From positions 1,292,580-1,356,579 of the forward strand of contig CAVUUW010000005.1 of NCBI GenBank assembly GCA_963744895.1: 64,000 bases of DNA, in the 5' to 3' direction. Each line of letters begins with the position of its first letter. Position 1 is the stretch's first letter. The position numbers and the translations under genes are program-made. The notes under the pieces were generated by a model. The model had not been told where the DNA came from. It searched no databases and worked only from the letters and a program-made list of their open reading frames with translations. Of the stretch, positions 1-10,627 are shown one piece after another. The DNA comes from an uncultured Gammaproteobacteria bacterium. Its GTDB lineage: Bacteria; Pseudomonadota; Gammaproteobacteria; Pseudomonadales; Moraxellaceae.

Positions 1-85
1 TTTTTTCAAGAGCGACCATTATTTCAGTATAATAGGTCCCTGTGCTGTTAGTACCACCATACACTTTTAATAAGAAGATTTTACT

Positions 86-1768
86 ATGCAAACCAAACGT
101 CCGTTATACATTCCTTTTGCTGGACCAGCTCTATTAGAAACCTCTTTATTGAACAAGGGTAGCGCTTTCTCATCAGAAGAACGGGATAACTTCAATTTAA
201 CAGGTTTATTACCTCATAACATTGAGACGATTGAAGAGCAATCATTACGCGCTTATCATCAACTTTGCTCTTTCAATAATGACATGGATAAGCATATCTA
301 CTTGCGTAATATCCAAGACACCAATGAGACGTTATTTCATCATTTGGTTGAGCAGCATATTGAAGAGGTGATGCCGCTTATCTATACACCAACCGTTGGT
401 CAGGCTTGTGAAAAGTTCTCACAAATTTATCGCCGTAAACGCGGTTTATTTATCTCTTACCCTGAGCGTCATAATATTGACGATATGCTGCAAAATGCCA
501 CCAAACAAAAAGTAAAGGTAATCGTGGTCACTGATGGCGAACGTATCTTGGGTCTAGGTGATCAAGGTATTGGCGGCATGGGCATTCCAATTGGTAAGCT
601 CTCTTTATACACCGCTTGTGGCGGTATCAGTCCAGCCTACTGCCTACCGATTTTATTAGATGTCGGTACCAATAACCAACAGTTGCTTGACGACCCTATG
701 TACATGGGCTGGAGAAATCCACGTATCTCTGGTGATGAATATAATGAATTTGTCGATTTGTTTATACAGGCGGTTAAACGTCGTTGGCCAGAAGTGTTAT
801 TACAATTTGAAGATTTTGCACAGGGCAATGCCACGCCATTATTGAATAAATATCGCGATCAGTTATGTTGTTTTAATGATGATATTCAAGGGACTGCTGC
901 CGTTTCGGTCGGTACATTGATTGCTGCTTGCTTGAACAAAGGTCAAAAACTGAGCCAACAAAGAATCGCCTTTTTAGGGGCAGGATCGGCAGGTTGCGGT
1001 ATCGCGGAACATATTATTCGCCAAATGCAGCGTGAAGGTCTAACCGAAGCGCAAGCTCGCAGTCAGGTATTTATGGTAGACCGTTATGGTCTATTAACGG
1101 ATAGCATGACAGAATTACAAAAATTCCAAGTACCATTAGTGCAAAAAGAATCTGATATTGCACACTGGGACAAGAGTCAAAAACTTGGTTTGGCGCAAGT
1201 GGTTAAAGAAGGAAAAGTCACCGTATTATTTGGCGTGAGTGGACAAAAAGGTCTGTTTACCCAAGAGGTGATCGAAACGTTATGTGCTAACACTGAACAT
1301 CCAATTGTATTGCCGCTATCGAACCCAACCTCTCGTGTTGAAGCGACGCCGCAGGAAGTGATTAGCTGGAGTAAAGGCAAAGCCATTATTGCAACGGGCA
1401 GTCCTTTTCCTAATACCACCTTTAACGGTCAGACTTTTGAGGTTTCCCAGTGTAATAATAGCTATATTTTCCCAGGTATTGGTTTGGGTGTTTTGGTCTC
1501 TCATGCGACGGGTATCAGTGATAATATGTTGATGGCAGCAAGCCAAGCATTGGCAGATATCTCAATGGAGTATGAAAAAGCCCCAGGTGCTATATTGCCT
1601 TCAATCAACTTCATTAGAGAAATTAGTGAAAAGATTGCTTATGCAGTGGCACTACAAGCGATAGAAGACAAGCTGGCTCTACCTGTCACGGCAGAAAATC
1701 TAGAACGTCGATTAAAAGCCAATTTTTGGTTGCCTAGATACCGCAACTATCGTCGTACTTCTTTCTAA
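86..1768 (+). CDS. maeA: NAD-dependent malic enzyme (MaeA/SfcA type)
   Basis: 560-aa ORF with malic enzyme motifs [26 protein letters not shown] and GAGSAG. Confidence 0.93.
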   Translation: MQTKRPLYIPFAGPALLETSLLNKGSAFSSEERDNFNLTGLLPHNIETIEEQSLRAYHQLCSFNNDMDKHIYLRNIQDTNETLFHHLVEQHIEEVMPLIYTPTVGQACEKFSQIYRRKRGLFISYPERHNIDDMLQNATKQKVKVIVVTDGERILGLGDQGIGGMGIPIGKLSLYTACGGISPAYCLPILLDVGTNNQQLLDDPMYMGWRNPRISGDEYNEFVDLFIQAVKRRWPEVLLQFEDFAQGNATPLLNKYRDQLCCFNDDIQGTAAVSVGTLIAACLNKGQKLSQQRIAFLGAGSAGCGIAEHIIRQMQREGLTEAQARSQVFMVDRYGLLTDSMTELQKFQVPLVQKESDIAHWDKSQKLGLAQVVKEGKVTVLFGVSGQKGLFTQEVIETLCANTEHPIVLPLSNPTSRVEATPQEVISWSKGKAIIATGSPFPNTTFNGQTFEVSQCNNSYIFPGIGLGVLVSHATGISDNMLMAASQALADISMEYEKAPGAILPSINFIREISEKIAYAVALQAIEDKLALPVTAENLERRLKANFWLPRYRNYRRTSF

Positions 1769-1819
1769 TAGTTAGAAAGTAGCTGTAAAGTAACTAAGAA
1801 GCAGCTAAAAATTACCAAT

Positions 1820-1863
1820 AAAAAAGCCGAATACTACTGTGAGCAGTGGTATTCGGCTTTTTT
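1820..1863. terminator. Bidirectional intrinsic terminator between convergent maeA and sensor kinase
   Basis: AAAAAAGCCGAATACTACTG-loop-CAGTGGTATTCGGCTTTTTT stem with A and T tracts on either side. Confidence 0.85.
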
Positions 1864-1903
1864 AGTTTGTGCAGGTTGCGTTTCTAGACTGAGCGATTTT
1901 GAC

Positions 1904-3589
1904 CTAGAAGATCAACGTGATACAGAGTCCTCGATTGTTATCTTGACTTGAAATGTTCGCGGCAGCGTCATTCATAAAGACGTCAATACCTGCTTGCTCG
2001 CAGATTGATTTGACGATAGAGAGTCCTAGTCCAGTTCCTTCTACTGTTTGTGCACTCTGGCTGGCACTATCTGATCTCGATTTATGGATATCGTCACTGA
2101 GTTGCTCATCGTTGTTTGATAATTGATTAAGTCGTACAAAGGGCTCAAAAGCATTTTCATACTCATTGGGATGAATACCTGCGCCTGAATCTATTATCTG
2201 TAATATCACTCTGCTATCTGATGCTTTAGACAAATTCCTTAGTTTTCCAAAGTGAATGACATGTGTGCCAAAATTATATTGCGCATCTACAGCAGATTTA
2301 TGTGAGCTGTCCGAGTTTGGTTCAAGCTGATATAGTTTAATAATGACTTGACCATTAGATGGTGTATAAATGATAGCGTTTTGGATAAGGTTTCTGACGA
2401 GCATGAATAATGAAGTCTCATCTATAGTTACTTTGCTATTAGATTGCAGATTAACGGTCAGCTCGATATTTTTATGATCAGCAATAGGAATGAGTAAGCC
2501 AATGATTTGCTCAATAATAAATTTGACGTTAGTCGGTGTGTACTCATCTTCTAATGCAGTATTGATATTGCCAGCTCGAGCGAGTGTTAATAGCTGCTCA
2601 ACCAAACTTTGATTACGCTTTAGGCGCACCGCCAGTTTATCTAAACCTTCTGACATAATCTTATCATTAGCAATACGCTGTAATCGTTGTAGCTGCAATG
2701 AGATGGCAGTCAGCGGCGAGCGCAGTTCATGGGCGGCATCTGCTATAAAGCGTTGTTGACGCTCGATGCTACTTTTCACTACCGCCAATAATTTATTTAA
2801 GGATTCTGCTAGTGGTAGCAACTCAGAGGGCAGTCTGTCAATCTGCAAAGCACTGAGATCGTTCTCATTACGCGCGCTGATTTCATGATGTAATTGGCGC
2901 ACCGGCCTCATCATTCGCCACATGATAAAAGGCAACAGAATTATTAAGAAGGCGATACCGATAATAAGGGGTAAAAAAGACTGTAGCGCACTGGCTTTGG
3001 CTAAATCGTCTTGGAGTTCCGTTTGTTGACGCAAGATAAGTGCGACTGCTTCATTAGTATCTAAGGATTTAATCTTCACGTCATTTCTATACGTTCGCCA
3101 AGAATGCCCGTCAATATCCTGATCGCTAATTCCTAATGGGATATCAGATAGTAACGCCATCGATATAGGTTCTGAGTAATCATGCTCATCATCACTATTG
3201 TCATCATCAGTTTCATCGTTCTGATAATCTTGTACTCCATTATCGAGTGGGGCGGAGAGTATGATGATATCAACGGTAATAGCACCATCATCGTCATCGG
3301 TGTCAAAATGAATGTTGCTGCGTGCACGATCACTCTTATCTGAAAGAGCTGCATCGCTATCCGAATCTTTATTACTTAAGCCCCTATTACTTAAACCACT
3401 GATATCAAGTGACTGCTCTAACAGCGCTGCTGTATTTTTCAAGTTATCATCTTGAAAGTCACTTATCTCGTTATAGCTATACCAAAATCCGTAACCACCA
3501 GCGACGATAGCCAATGATAATAATGACAAAACAGACCAAAAGATCAGTTGGAATTGTAGCGAGTTTAAAAGCTTACGAAGTTTAGGCAT
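1904..3589 (-). CDS. Two-component sensor histidine kinase (QseC/PmrB-like)
   Basis: Two TM segments, H-box FIADAAHELRSPL, N-box NLIQNA, G1 DSGAGI and G2 GTGLGL; directly downstream of an OmpR-family regulator. Confidence 0.92.
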   Translation of the reverse strand: MPKLRKLLNSLQFQLIFWSVLSLLSLAIVAGGYGFWYSYNEISDFQDDNLKNTAALLEQSLDISGLSNRGLSNKDSDSDAALSDKSDRARSNIHFDTDDDDGAITVDIIILSAPLDNGVQDYQNDETDDDNSDDEHDYSEPISMALLSDIPLGISDQDIDGHSWRTYRNDVKIKSLDTNEAVALILRQQTELQDDLAKASALQSFLPLIIGIAFLIILLPFIMWRMMRPVRQLHHEISARNENDLSALQIDRLPSELLPLAESLNKLLAVVKSSIERQQRFIADAAHELRSPLTAISLQLQRLQRIANDKIMSEGLDKLAVRLKRNQSLVEQLLTLARAGNINTALEDEYTPTNVKFIIEQIIGLLIPIADHKNIELTVNLQSNSKVTIDETSLFMLVRNLIQNAIIYTPSNGQVIIKLYQLEPNSDSSHKSAVDAQYNFGTHVIHFGKLRNLSKASDSRVILQIIDSGAGIHPNEYENAFEPFVRLNQLSNNDEQLSDDIHKSRSDSASQSAQTVEGTGLGLSIVKSICEQAGIDVFMNDAAANISSQDNNRGLCITLIF

Positions 3590-3642
3590 CTCAATTCACT
3601 GCTAGCAATGATACAGCATGTTTTTGAGTGGTTCGCTTAAAA

Positions 3643-4302
3643 TTAGACATTGCTGATATACCATCCAAGTCCCCGAACATTTTTGATTCTATCTTGTCCC
3701 ACCTTTTTACGTAAGCTATGAATTAAGAACTCAATGGCATTGCTTTCAACTTCATCGCCCCAGCCATATAAAGAATCTTCCAGCGCATTTTTAGACATGA
3801 CTTTTTCAGGAGATAGCATAAATGTCGTGATGAGCATATATTCTTTTGCGGTTAAATCGATAGGGTTGCCATCCATCATGACGCGTTTGTGCGCGGTATC
3901 TAAAGTTAAATTGCCAACGGTAACTTGATTGTCAGCCATGCCTTGAGAGCGTCGTATCAACACCCTCATGCGTGCAAAGACTTCTCCTAATTCAAAAGGC
4001 TTGACGACATAATCATCAGCCCCTGAGTCCAATCCTGCAATTCTATCTTTCAACTGATCACGTGCGGTGAGTATCAATACTGGTGTCTCAATCTTAGCGT
4101 CACGAATAGCCGTTAATACTCCCATGCCGTCAATTTCTGGCAGACCTAGATCTAAGAGAATAATGTCATAAGGTTGTACTTTTAGCGTCAGAATAGCTTG
4201 ACGACCATCTTTGACCCAGTCGACCGTATAGGCTTCATCCTGTAGCGCTTCGCTCAGACTTTCGCCAATCATTAGGTCATCTTCAACCACTAATACTCGC
4301 AT
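3643..4302 (-). CDS. OmpR-family response regulator (QseB/PmrA-like)
   Basis: MRVLVVEDD receiver, LLDLGLP, ADDYVVKPF and winged-helix end KNVRGLGW. Start moved from 4326 to the ATG at 4302. Confidence 0.93.
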   Translation of the reverse strand: MRVLVVEDDLMIGESLSEALQDEAYTVDWVKDGRQAILTLKVQPYDIILLDLGLPEIDGMGVLTAIRDAKIETPVLILTARDQLKDRIAGLDSGADDYVVKPFELGEVFARMRVLIRRSQGMADNQVTVGNLTLDTAHKRVMMDGNPIDLTAKEYMLITTFMLSPEKVMSKNALEDSLYGWGDEVESNAIEFLIHSLRKKVGQDRIKNVRGLGWYISNV

Positions 4303-4359
4303 GAAATATCCTTGCCTATAAAGCATATACTAAAATCTGAGACGTTTAACGCGACTATT

Positions 4360-4458
4360 TTAGTCATCGCTGTCTAACTGGCTAATAATAACTTGACCTG
4401 CCGTGCTATCGATAATTAAATCATATATCTGCGTGCCCTTAGAGATATGATTATGTAC
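4360..4458 (-). pseudogene. Degenerate C-terminal remnant of a second PepSY-domain gene
   Basis: Minus strand 4440-4360 reads KGTQIYDLIIDSTAGQVIISQLDSDD*. It aligns without gaps (13/26 identical, same stop) to the end of the neighbouring PepSY protein, KGNQKYDVSVDANTGKVLSSQIDRDD*. The frame is closed upstream by TAA at 4461-4459, with no start codon. Confidence 0.7.
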
Positions 4459-4602
4459 TTAGCATTGGTTATCAATCGTCACGATGAGTCTACTTTACAT
4501 TAGATTTATACAATTACTTTAAATACGGGGATTATAATTTCTAATATTTTTATCACTTTGCTATAGCGTCTCCATTAGTGTCATCGCCTAAATATGGTAC
4601 AA

Positions 4603-4652
4603 ATAAAAAAGCAGCAACTAATATCTATTCTATTGAGATATCGGCTACTGCT
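4603..4652 (-). terminator. Intrinsic terminator downstream of the PepSY gene
   Basis: Minus strand GCAGTAGCCGATATCT-loop-AGATATTAGTTGCTGC followed by TTTTTTATTT. Confidence 0.65.
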
Positions 4653-4681
4653 AAGTATTAAAGTTAATGCATCGTTTAATA

Positions 4682-5254
4682 TTAATCGTCTCTATCAATC
4701 TGACTGCTCAAAACTTTACCCGTATTGGCATCTACGCTCACATCATATTTCTGATTGCCTTTGACCACTTCGATATCATAGATAGATTGACCGCTTTCTA
4801 AATCGAATGTAGCCGCTATTACTTTACCATTCACGCTTTGAGTGGCTCTTTGTATAGCACTATTCATGGATACTTTGGCTTGCTTCATGGCGCTATATTC
4901 AGCCATGTCTTCAGTATCTAATCTCTCTTGTTCAGACTTAAGCACTTTGCCAGTATCAGCATCAATTTTTACTTCATAAGAAGTGCCGTTTGATACGAGC
5001 TTAACTTCATATTCATTGGTCGCATCGTCGTCATCATAATCAAACTCTGCACTGACAATATCACCTTTAGCATTTTGTTTGGCTATAGCGATCGCTTGCG
5101 CTAGGCTAATTTTACTTTGCATGGCACTGACGGCTTCACTTGAACTTGTTGTTGCTCTGGTATTGGACATAGGTGCTGCGATAGCGGCTGCACTGACACC
5201 TACAACTGTAAGGGTAATGATTGCTGACTTGGTTAGCGCTGATAAATTTTGCAT
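4682..5254 (-). CDS. Exported protein with two PepSY domains
   Basis: Signal peptide ending AAAIAA and two repeats of the PepSY pattern (AEFD..YEVKL..YEVKIDADTGKVL; ATFD..YDIEV..YDVSVDANTGKVL). The ATG at 5254 follows an AAGGTG RBS; the track uses GTG 5263. Confidence 0.85.
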   Translation of the reverse strand: MQNLSALTKSAIITLTVVGVSAAAIAAPMSNTRATTSSSEAVSAMQSKISLAQAIAIAKQNAKGDIVSAEFDYDDDDATNEYEVKLVSNGTSYEVKIDADTGKVLKSEQERLDTEDMAEYSAMKQAKVSMNSAIQRATQSVNGKVIAATFDLESGQSIYDIEVVKGNQKYDVSVDANTGKVLSSQIDRDD

Positions 5255-5331
5255 GAGGATCACCTTTATATTAAGTTTATGTCTGACAGTCCGTTTAGCA
5301 ATCTTGTCAGCTACCTTGTGGGTATGAATCT

Positions 5332-5374
5332 ATAATACGGAATAAGACATAGGAGAAACTTAGCGAGAACCAAG
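5332..5374 (-). promoter_or_regulatory. Putative PepSY promoter: three half-sites 11 bp apart upstream of a -10 box (candidate OmpR-family binding site)
   Basis: Minus strand CTTGG (5374-5370), CTAAG (5363-5359) and CTATG (5352-5348), then TATTAT (5337-5332). Confidence 0.4.
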
Positions 5375-5503
5375 GATTTTATGATCGAATGAATATAATA
5401 AATAGCAAAGCTTTGAAGAGTGTGATTTTAGTTCAATGATTACTAGAGTATATTGGACATTTACTGGGTACCAAATAGAAGCTGACAGAAAACAGCAGAC
5501 AAT

Positions 5504-5534
5504 AAAAAAGACCTTCAATCTCTTGAAGGTCTTT
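5504..5534 (-). terminator. Intrinsic terminator after the tRNA
   Basis: AAAAAAGACCTTCAA-TCTC-TTGAAGGTCTTT stem; T-tract on the minus strand. Confidence 0.8.
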
Positions 5535-5552
5535 AATGGTAAAACTTATATG

Positions 5553-5629
5553 TGGTGGGCCCAGTAGGACTTGAACCTACGACCAAAGGATTATGAGTCC
5601 TCTGCTCTAACCAACTGAGCTATGGGCCC
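5553..5629 (-). tRNA. tRNA with CAT anticodon, most likely tRNA-Ile2 (lysidine-modified); elongator tRNA-Met not excluded
   Basis: Minus strand GGGCCCATAGCTCAGTTGGTTAGAGCAGAGGACTCATAATCCTTTGGTCGTAGGTTCAAGTCCTACTGGGCCCACCA: 77 nt, cloverleaf, encoded CCA, anticodon loop CTCATAA, and C4:G69/C5:G68 acceptor pairs typical of TilS substrates. Confidence 0.93.
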
Positions 5630-5722
5630 TAACGTTAGACGCACAATGATACCTGATTTTTTTAATTTTTCAAGTAAAAGATAAAAAGTAATCAATAAAT
5701 TCTTTGTGAGCCGCTATCTGAA

Positions 5723-6526
5723 TCAAAAACCACTGCCAGCCAATGTTAGACTGCGACCCCCGTCAACGGTGATGATCTCACCAGTGACGTATTTTGCCTG
5801 AGCAAGATACATCACGCTATGGGAAATCTCATCAGGCCGTCCTATTCTTTGCATAGGAATAGAGTCGATGATACTTTGCTGTTGTTTATCATCAAGCGCC
5901 TGGTCGCTATCGATCTCTGGTAGTACATTAACACCAGGCGCGACGCCATTAACTCGTACTTCTGGTGCCATCTCTAACGCTAGCGACTGTACCATCATAC
6001 GGTGGGCGGCCTTTGCCATGTTATAAACGGTATAATTGCTAAACGGCTTATCATGCGCATGAATATCCAGTAGGCTGACGATACATCCATTTTGCTGTTT
6101 AAGATAAGGATATAGAGCTTGGCTTAGCCATAAAGGTGCTTTGGCATTGGTTAAAAAAAGCTCATTCCATTGTTCATGGTTGATATTGCCAAGCGGAGTA
6201 GAGTAAAAGCGGGAGGCATTATGTACCAGTACATCTAGTCGACCAAAGGCACCTATGATTTCTTGGACAAAAGCCGTTAATGTTTTAGAGTCTTCAACGA
6301 TGGTTAAGTTGGCTATTAAAATAGCTGCACTATCGGCACGAGTCTCATTAAGCTGCGCTGCCAAGATTTTGGCTTCTTGCTCACTAGAGTAACAATGAAT
6401 GATCACCCGATAGCCTTGATGATGAGCGGCTTTAACAATGGCAGCGCCAATGCGCTTAGCACTGCCAGTCACTAGCATCACTGGCGCATCACTGTTGGCT
6501 GTATGAGAATTAAATTCTTGGTTCAT
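5723..6526 (-). CDS. folM: Pteridine reductase / FolM-like short-chain dehydrogenase
   Basis: TGSAKRIG, LVHNASRF, YNMAK (YxxxK) and NGVAPG motifs. Start moved to the ATG at 6526 to avoid overlapping cca. Confidence 0.8.
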   Translation of the reverse strand: MNQEFNSHTANSDAPVMLVTGSAKRIGAAIVKAAHHQGYRVIIHCYSSEQEAKILAAQLNETRADSAAILIANLTIVEDSKTLTAFVQEIIGAFGRLDVLVHNASRFYSTPLGNINHEQWNELFLTNAKAPLWLSQALYPYLKQQNGCIVSLLDIHAHDKPFSNYTVYNMAKAAHRMMVQSLALEMAPEVRVNGVAPGVNVLPEIDSDQALDDKQQQSIIDSIPMQRIGRPDEISHSVMYLAQAKYVTGEIITVDGGRSLTLAGSGF

Positions 6527-6560
6527 AGCAATTGGCGTTCTTGTTTTTAAAAATAAGTCA

Positions 6561-7742
6561 TCAGTAGTGATTTGCTTGTAAGTGTTCAATTCTGGCGTTC
6601 TGCAAAGCCTCACCAATCGCTGGGCCTTTAAGATCTGATTGAATGTCTGTCATACCGATCGCATGAAAGCTGCTGAGAGCGATCATCATCTGACGGTGCT
6701 GTATGGCTAACTGTAAGACGTGACTGGTTACTAGTAGCTGTGAAAGCTTTTCAGGCTCTTTGTGTGCGCCGCAGGCTTGTATTAGCTCAATCTTTTCGGC
6801 AGCACTAAGCGTATCTATGGCGGCTAGCTTTCTGATTTGTTGGACAAATAGCTTGGCAAACTGGGTATGGGATTTTGGCATTTTAACCCTATTGCCTATG
6901 TCATCAATACCTTTTACAGTTGTGGATTCATTGGACAGTAAATTGTCTTTCAAATCCAACAAAGCAGGCTCAAGGCTTGCCATAAGTAATGCCCAACGCT
7001 GTGATAAGTTGAGGTGCATTTGACCTGAAAAGTACAACGCTGTCTGTACCGTCTCTCGGATATGAATGTCAGCCCAAGCTCGATGTAGAGGCGCGAAATA
7101 CTCAGTCAGGGCACCAAGCTCGTACAGTTGCTGCCAGTATATGTGAGGGGAGAGTTGCATGGTTGCATGGCTTGATTCTTGCCAGACGCGCTCTGCACTT
7201 AAGTGAGAAAGCTCTCCTGATTCAACCAACTGGCGCATCAATATCAAGGTCTCATCAGCGATAGTAAATCCCAAGTCATAATAACGACTATAAAAACGAG
7301 CCGTTCGCAATACTCTTAATGGGTCTTCACTGAATGCAACGGAGACATGGCGCAAGGTTCTGTTTTCTATATCAGCCAGACCACCATAGTAATCAATCAC
7401 TTCTCCTGTGATAGGGGAGTTGTCCGTTAGGCTGGTTACTTCGATTGCCATGGCATTGATGGTCAAATCACGACGTTGTAGATCAGCCTTTAAGCTGACA
7501 TCGGTACTGGCATGAACACTAAATCCCTGATAGCCGACGCCTTGTTTGCGTTCTGTGCGCGCCAATGCGTACTCTTCATGACTGGTGGGATGCAAAAATA
7601 CTGGAAAATCCGCCCCCACCTGTTGAAATCCCGCGTCAAGCATCGCTGAAACAGTTGCGCCGACAACGACAAAATCTTTGTCTTTAACAGGACGACCTAA
7701 TAGACGATCACGAACAGCACCGCCAACGAGATAAACTTGCAT
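6561..7742 (-). CDS. cca: CCA tRNA nucleotidyltransferase (class II), HD motif apparently absent
   Basis: MQVYLVGGAVRD, DKDF, EYALARTE, RRDLTINAM and EDPLRVLR motifs. Start at ATG 7742. Confidence 0.92.
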   Translation of the reverse strand: MQVYLVGGAVRDRLLGRPVKDKDFVVVGATVSAMLDAGFQQVGADFPVFLHPTSHEEYALARTERKQGVGYQGFSVHASTDVSLKADLQRRDLTINAMAIEVTSLTDNSPITGEVIDYYGGLADIENRTLRHVSVAFSEDPLRVLRTARFYSRYYDLGFTIADETLILMRQLVESGELSHLSAERVWQESSHATMQLSPHIYWQQLYELGALTEYFAPLHRAWADIHIRETVQTALYFSGQMHLNLSQRWALLMASLEPALLDLKDNLLSNESTTVKGIDDIGNRVKMPKSHTQFAKLFVQQIRKLAAIDTLSAAEKIELIQACGAHKEPEKLSQLLVTSHVLQLAIQHRQMMIALSSFHAIGMTDIQSDLKGPAIGEALQNARIEHLQANHY

Positions 7743-7920
7743 AATACTCTCTTTTTTTGACCCAATTTTATTCATGTTGCTTTTACCAAAAAAAACCAGT
7801 CAATGCCATTTAAATAGCGTTGACTGGTTAGTATAGCAGACGAGTTCTGCTAATAAATAATAGAACCCGTTTTAATCATTTATTCATATTCTGATACTAT
7901 GTGTGACTGAATATGAGGTA

Positions 7921-10254
7921 TTACTGATTTTCGTTTTCTAAGTCTTGAGCTTCTGTCACCGTAAGGGCAGTCATGTTGACAATACCACGTGCAGTCGCTG
8001 ATGGCGTTAGAATATGTACCGGCTTACAAGTACCTAACAAGATAGGACCAATCGACGCACTGCCAGTCGCTGTTTTGAGTAGGTTAAAGGCAATATTCGA
8101 TGCATCAAGTGTTGGCAAGATAAGCAGGTTTGCAGCACCTTTCAACGGGCTTGATGGCATGTGGTTTGAACGGATGACTTCATTAAGTGCTGCATCCCCT
8201 TGCATTTCGCCTTCAAACTCAAAATCTACATTCATGTCAGTCAATAACTGATGAACTTTACGCATTTTTACAGCGCTGGCACGATTTGATGCCCCAAAGT
8301 TAGAATGAGAGACTAGTGCAACACGTGGCGTGATACCAAAGCGATGCAACTGCTCGGCAGCCAAAACAGTCATCTCAGCCAACTGTTCAGCAGTCGGATC
8401 TTCATGAACATACGTGTCAGCGATAAAGATATTGCGATCTTGCATCAACACAGCATTCATAGCATAAAAGTCATTGATGCCTTCTTTTTTGCCAATAACG
8501 TTTTTGACATATTCTAAATGCATTTGATAATCACTGAACGTCCCACAGATCATGCCGTCGGCATCGCCATTATCGACCAGTAAAGAACCGATCAAAGTGG
8601 TTTTGCGGCGAACATCACGACGAGCAAGCTCAATGCTAACACCGCGGCGCTTGTTTTTCTCGTAATAACCCTGCCAGTACTCTTTGTAGCGAGGATCATC
8701 ATCTTGATTAACAATTGTGATGTTCTCACCGTCTTTTAGACGCAGGCCTAGTTTATTGATGTGATCGTTGATGACCGCTGGACGACCAACTAAGATAGGC
8801 TGAGCAAGGCCTTCATCGACAACAACCTGTACTGCTAATAAGATATTGTTGTCTTCACCTTCACAGTATACGATACGCTTCGGAGCCGATTTAGCACGAG
8901 CAAAAATGGGCTTCATGACAAACGCTGAGTTATAGACAAACTCTGATAGGCGCTGACGATAGGCTTTCATATCTTCGATAGGTAAGGTGGCAACACCTGA
9001 GTCCATTGCTGCTTTGGCAACAGCAGAAGCAATCTCAATGATTAAGTTTGGCTCTAGAGGACCTGGGATCAAGTAGTCACGACCGAAGCTTTGAATGGTT
9101 TCGATGTGTCTAGCGCTGGTGGTTGGGGTGGCTTCAACGTGTGCCATTGCAGCGATTGCTTTGACACAAGCGACCTTCATTTCTTCATTGACCGTCGTTG
9201 CACCAACATCTAGTGCGCCACGGAAAATATAAGGGAAGCACAGTGCATTGTTTACTTGGTTTGGATAGTCTGAACGACCCGTTGCCATGATCACGTCTGG
9301 ACGAACCGAGTGCGCCAGTTCTGGCATGATTTCAGGTGTTGGGTTGGCTAGTGCAAAGACGATAGGGTCTTTTGCCATACGGCGAACCATATCTTCTGAC
9401 AATGTGCCTGGCATTGATAGACCGAGGAACATGTCAACGTCGTCCATGACTTCTTCAATCGTCGTAGCAGTCGTATCACGAGCGTAGCGCTGTTTGGTTT
9501 CGTCAAGGTTTTCACGGCTGGTGCTGATGATACCGCGCGAGTCTGAAACAAAGATATTGTTTTTATTGACACCAAGCGCACAGATAATGTCTAGGCAAGA
9601 GATTGCTGCCGCACCCGCGCCCGAACAAACAATTTTAATCTCTTCAATTTTTTTGCCAGTGATTAGTAAGGCGTTCAGCATTGCAGCAGCGACAATAATA
9701 GAAGTACCATGTTGATCATCATGGAATACCGGAATATTCATACGATCACGCAATTCGCGCTCAATTTTGAAACATTCTGGTGCTTTGATATCTTCTAGGT
9801 TAATACCACCAAAGGTTGGCTCAAGAGAGGCAACGGCTTCGATGAATTTGTCTGGATCATTTTGGGCAATTTCAATATCAAAAACATCGATACCGGCGAA
9901 TTTTTTGAACAGAACGCCTTTACCTTCCATGACAGGCTTAGATGCCAATGGACCAATATTACCTAGACCCAGTACAGCAGTACCGTTAGTGATTACACCG
10001 ACCAAGTTATTGCGAGCGGTATATTTGGCCGCCAATTTTGGATCTTTTGCAATTTCCAAACAAGGTACGGCAACGCCTGGCGAGTAGGCAAGTGCCAAAT
10101 CGCGCTGGTTGGCCAGCTGTTTAGTAGGGGTGACTGATATTTTACCTGGGCGTGGGAATTCATGATAGTGTAAGGCAGCTTGTTCAAACTGCTCTTTTTC
10201 TGTACTAAGATTATCCGTATTCAAACTGGTATCGTCATTCATAATAATTGCCAT
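7921..10254 (-). CDS. maeB: NADP-dependent malic enzyme with C-terminal phosphotransacetylase-like domain
   Basis: 777 aa; [31 protein letters not shown], then a PTA-like domain ([19 protein letters not shown]). Confidence 0.95.
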   Translation of the reverse strand: MAIIMNDDTSLNTDNLSTEKEQFEQAALHYHEFPRPGKISVTPTKQLANQRDLALAYSPGVAVPCLEIAKDPKLAAKYTARNNLVGVITNGTAVLGLGNIGPLASKPVMEGKGVLFKKFAGIDVFDIEIAQNDPDKFIEAVASLEPTFGGINLEDIKAPECFKIERELRDRMNIPVFHDDQHGTSIIVAAAMLNALLITGKKIEEIKIVCSGAGAAAISCLDIICALGVNKNNIFVSDSRGIISTSRENLDETKQRYARDTTATTIEEVMDDVDMFLGLSMPGTLSEDMVRRMAKDPIVFALANPTPEIMPELAHSVRPDVIMATGRSDYPNQVNNALCFPYIFRGALDVGATTVNEEMKVACVKAIAAMAHVEATPTTSARHIETIQSFGRDYLIPGPLEPNLIIEIASAVAKAAMDSGVATLPIEDMKAYRQRLSEFVYNSAFVMKPIFARAKSAPKRIVYCEGEDNNILLAVQVVVDEGLAQPILVGRPAVINDHINKLGLRLKDGENITIVNQDDDPRYKEYWQGYYEKNKRRGVSIELARRDVRRKTTLIGSLLVDNGDADGMICGTFSDYQMHLEYVKNVIGKKEGINDFYAMNAVLMQDRNIFIADTYVHEDPTAEQLAEMTVLAAEQLHRFGITPRVALVSHSNFGASNRASAVKMRKVHQLLTDMNVDFEFEGEMQGDAALNEVIRSNHMPSSPLKGAANLLILPTLDASNIAFNLLKTATGSASIGPILLGTCKPVHILTPSATARGIVNMTALTVTEAQDLENENQ

Positions 10255-10627
10255 GGTTGGAATGAATTTTATTAAAATAAATAATAGTAATGAATGTCTT
10301 GCTCTAAAAAGATCATTGAATAATAAAGATCAAAGAGCGTAGCGACATTGGTGTAACAACAACGGTAAAAACATAAGCGGCGATTCAATATCAAATTAAA
10401 AACAACAGTTTAATATAGGCTGTTACTTTAACATTATTGCCAATTCACTGCCTAATTCATGGCACTCAATTGACCTAATAATATACTAAAATGATATTCA
10501 ACATTTCGCCACTTGATAATACTAAAGACTGCGGGGCTATATCAACCATAATCTATATATTATTATGATTACTTAATACTAATAACGCATTAATAGCCCT
10601 TCAATACTGAAAACTCAATGCCAAAAG

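Noticed and set aside
5461-5629. tRNA 3' end as an integration site for a genomic island carrying the PepSY-TCS module
   Set aside because: I found no integrase and no same-strand duplicate of the tRNA 3' end in the window. A terminator follows the tRNA directly.
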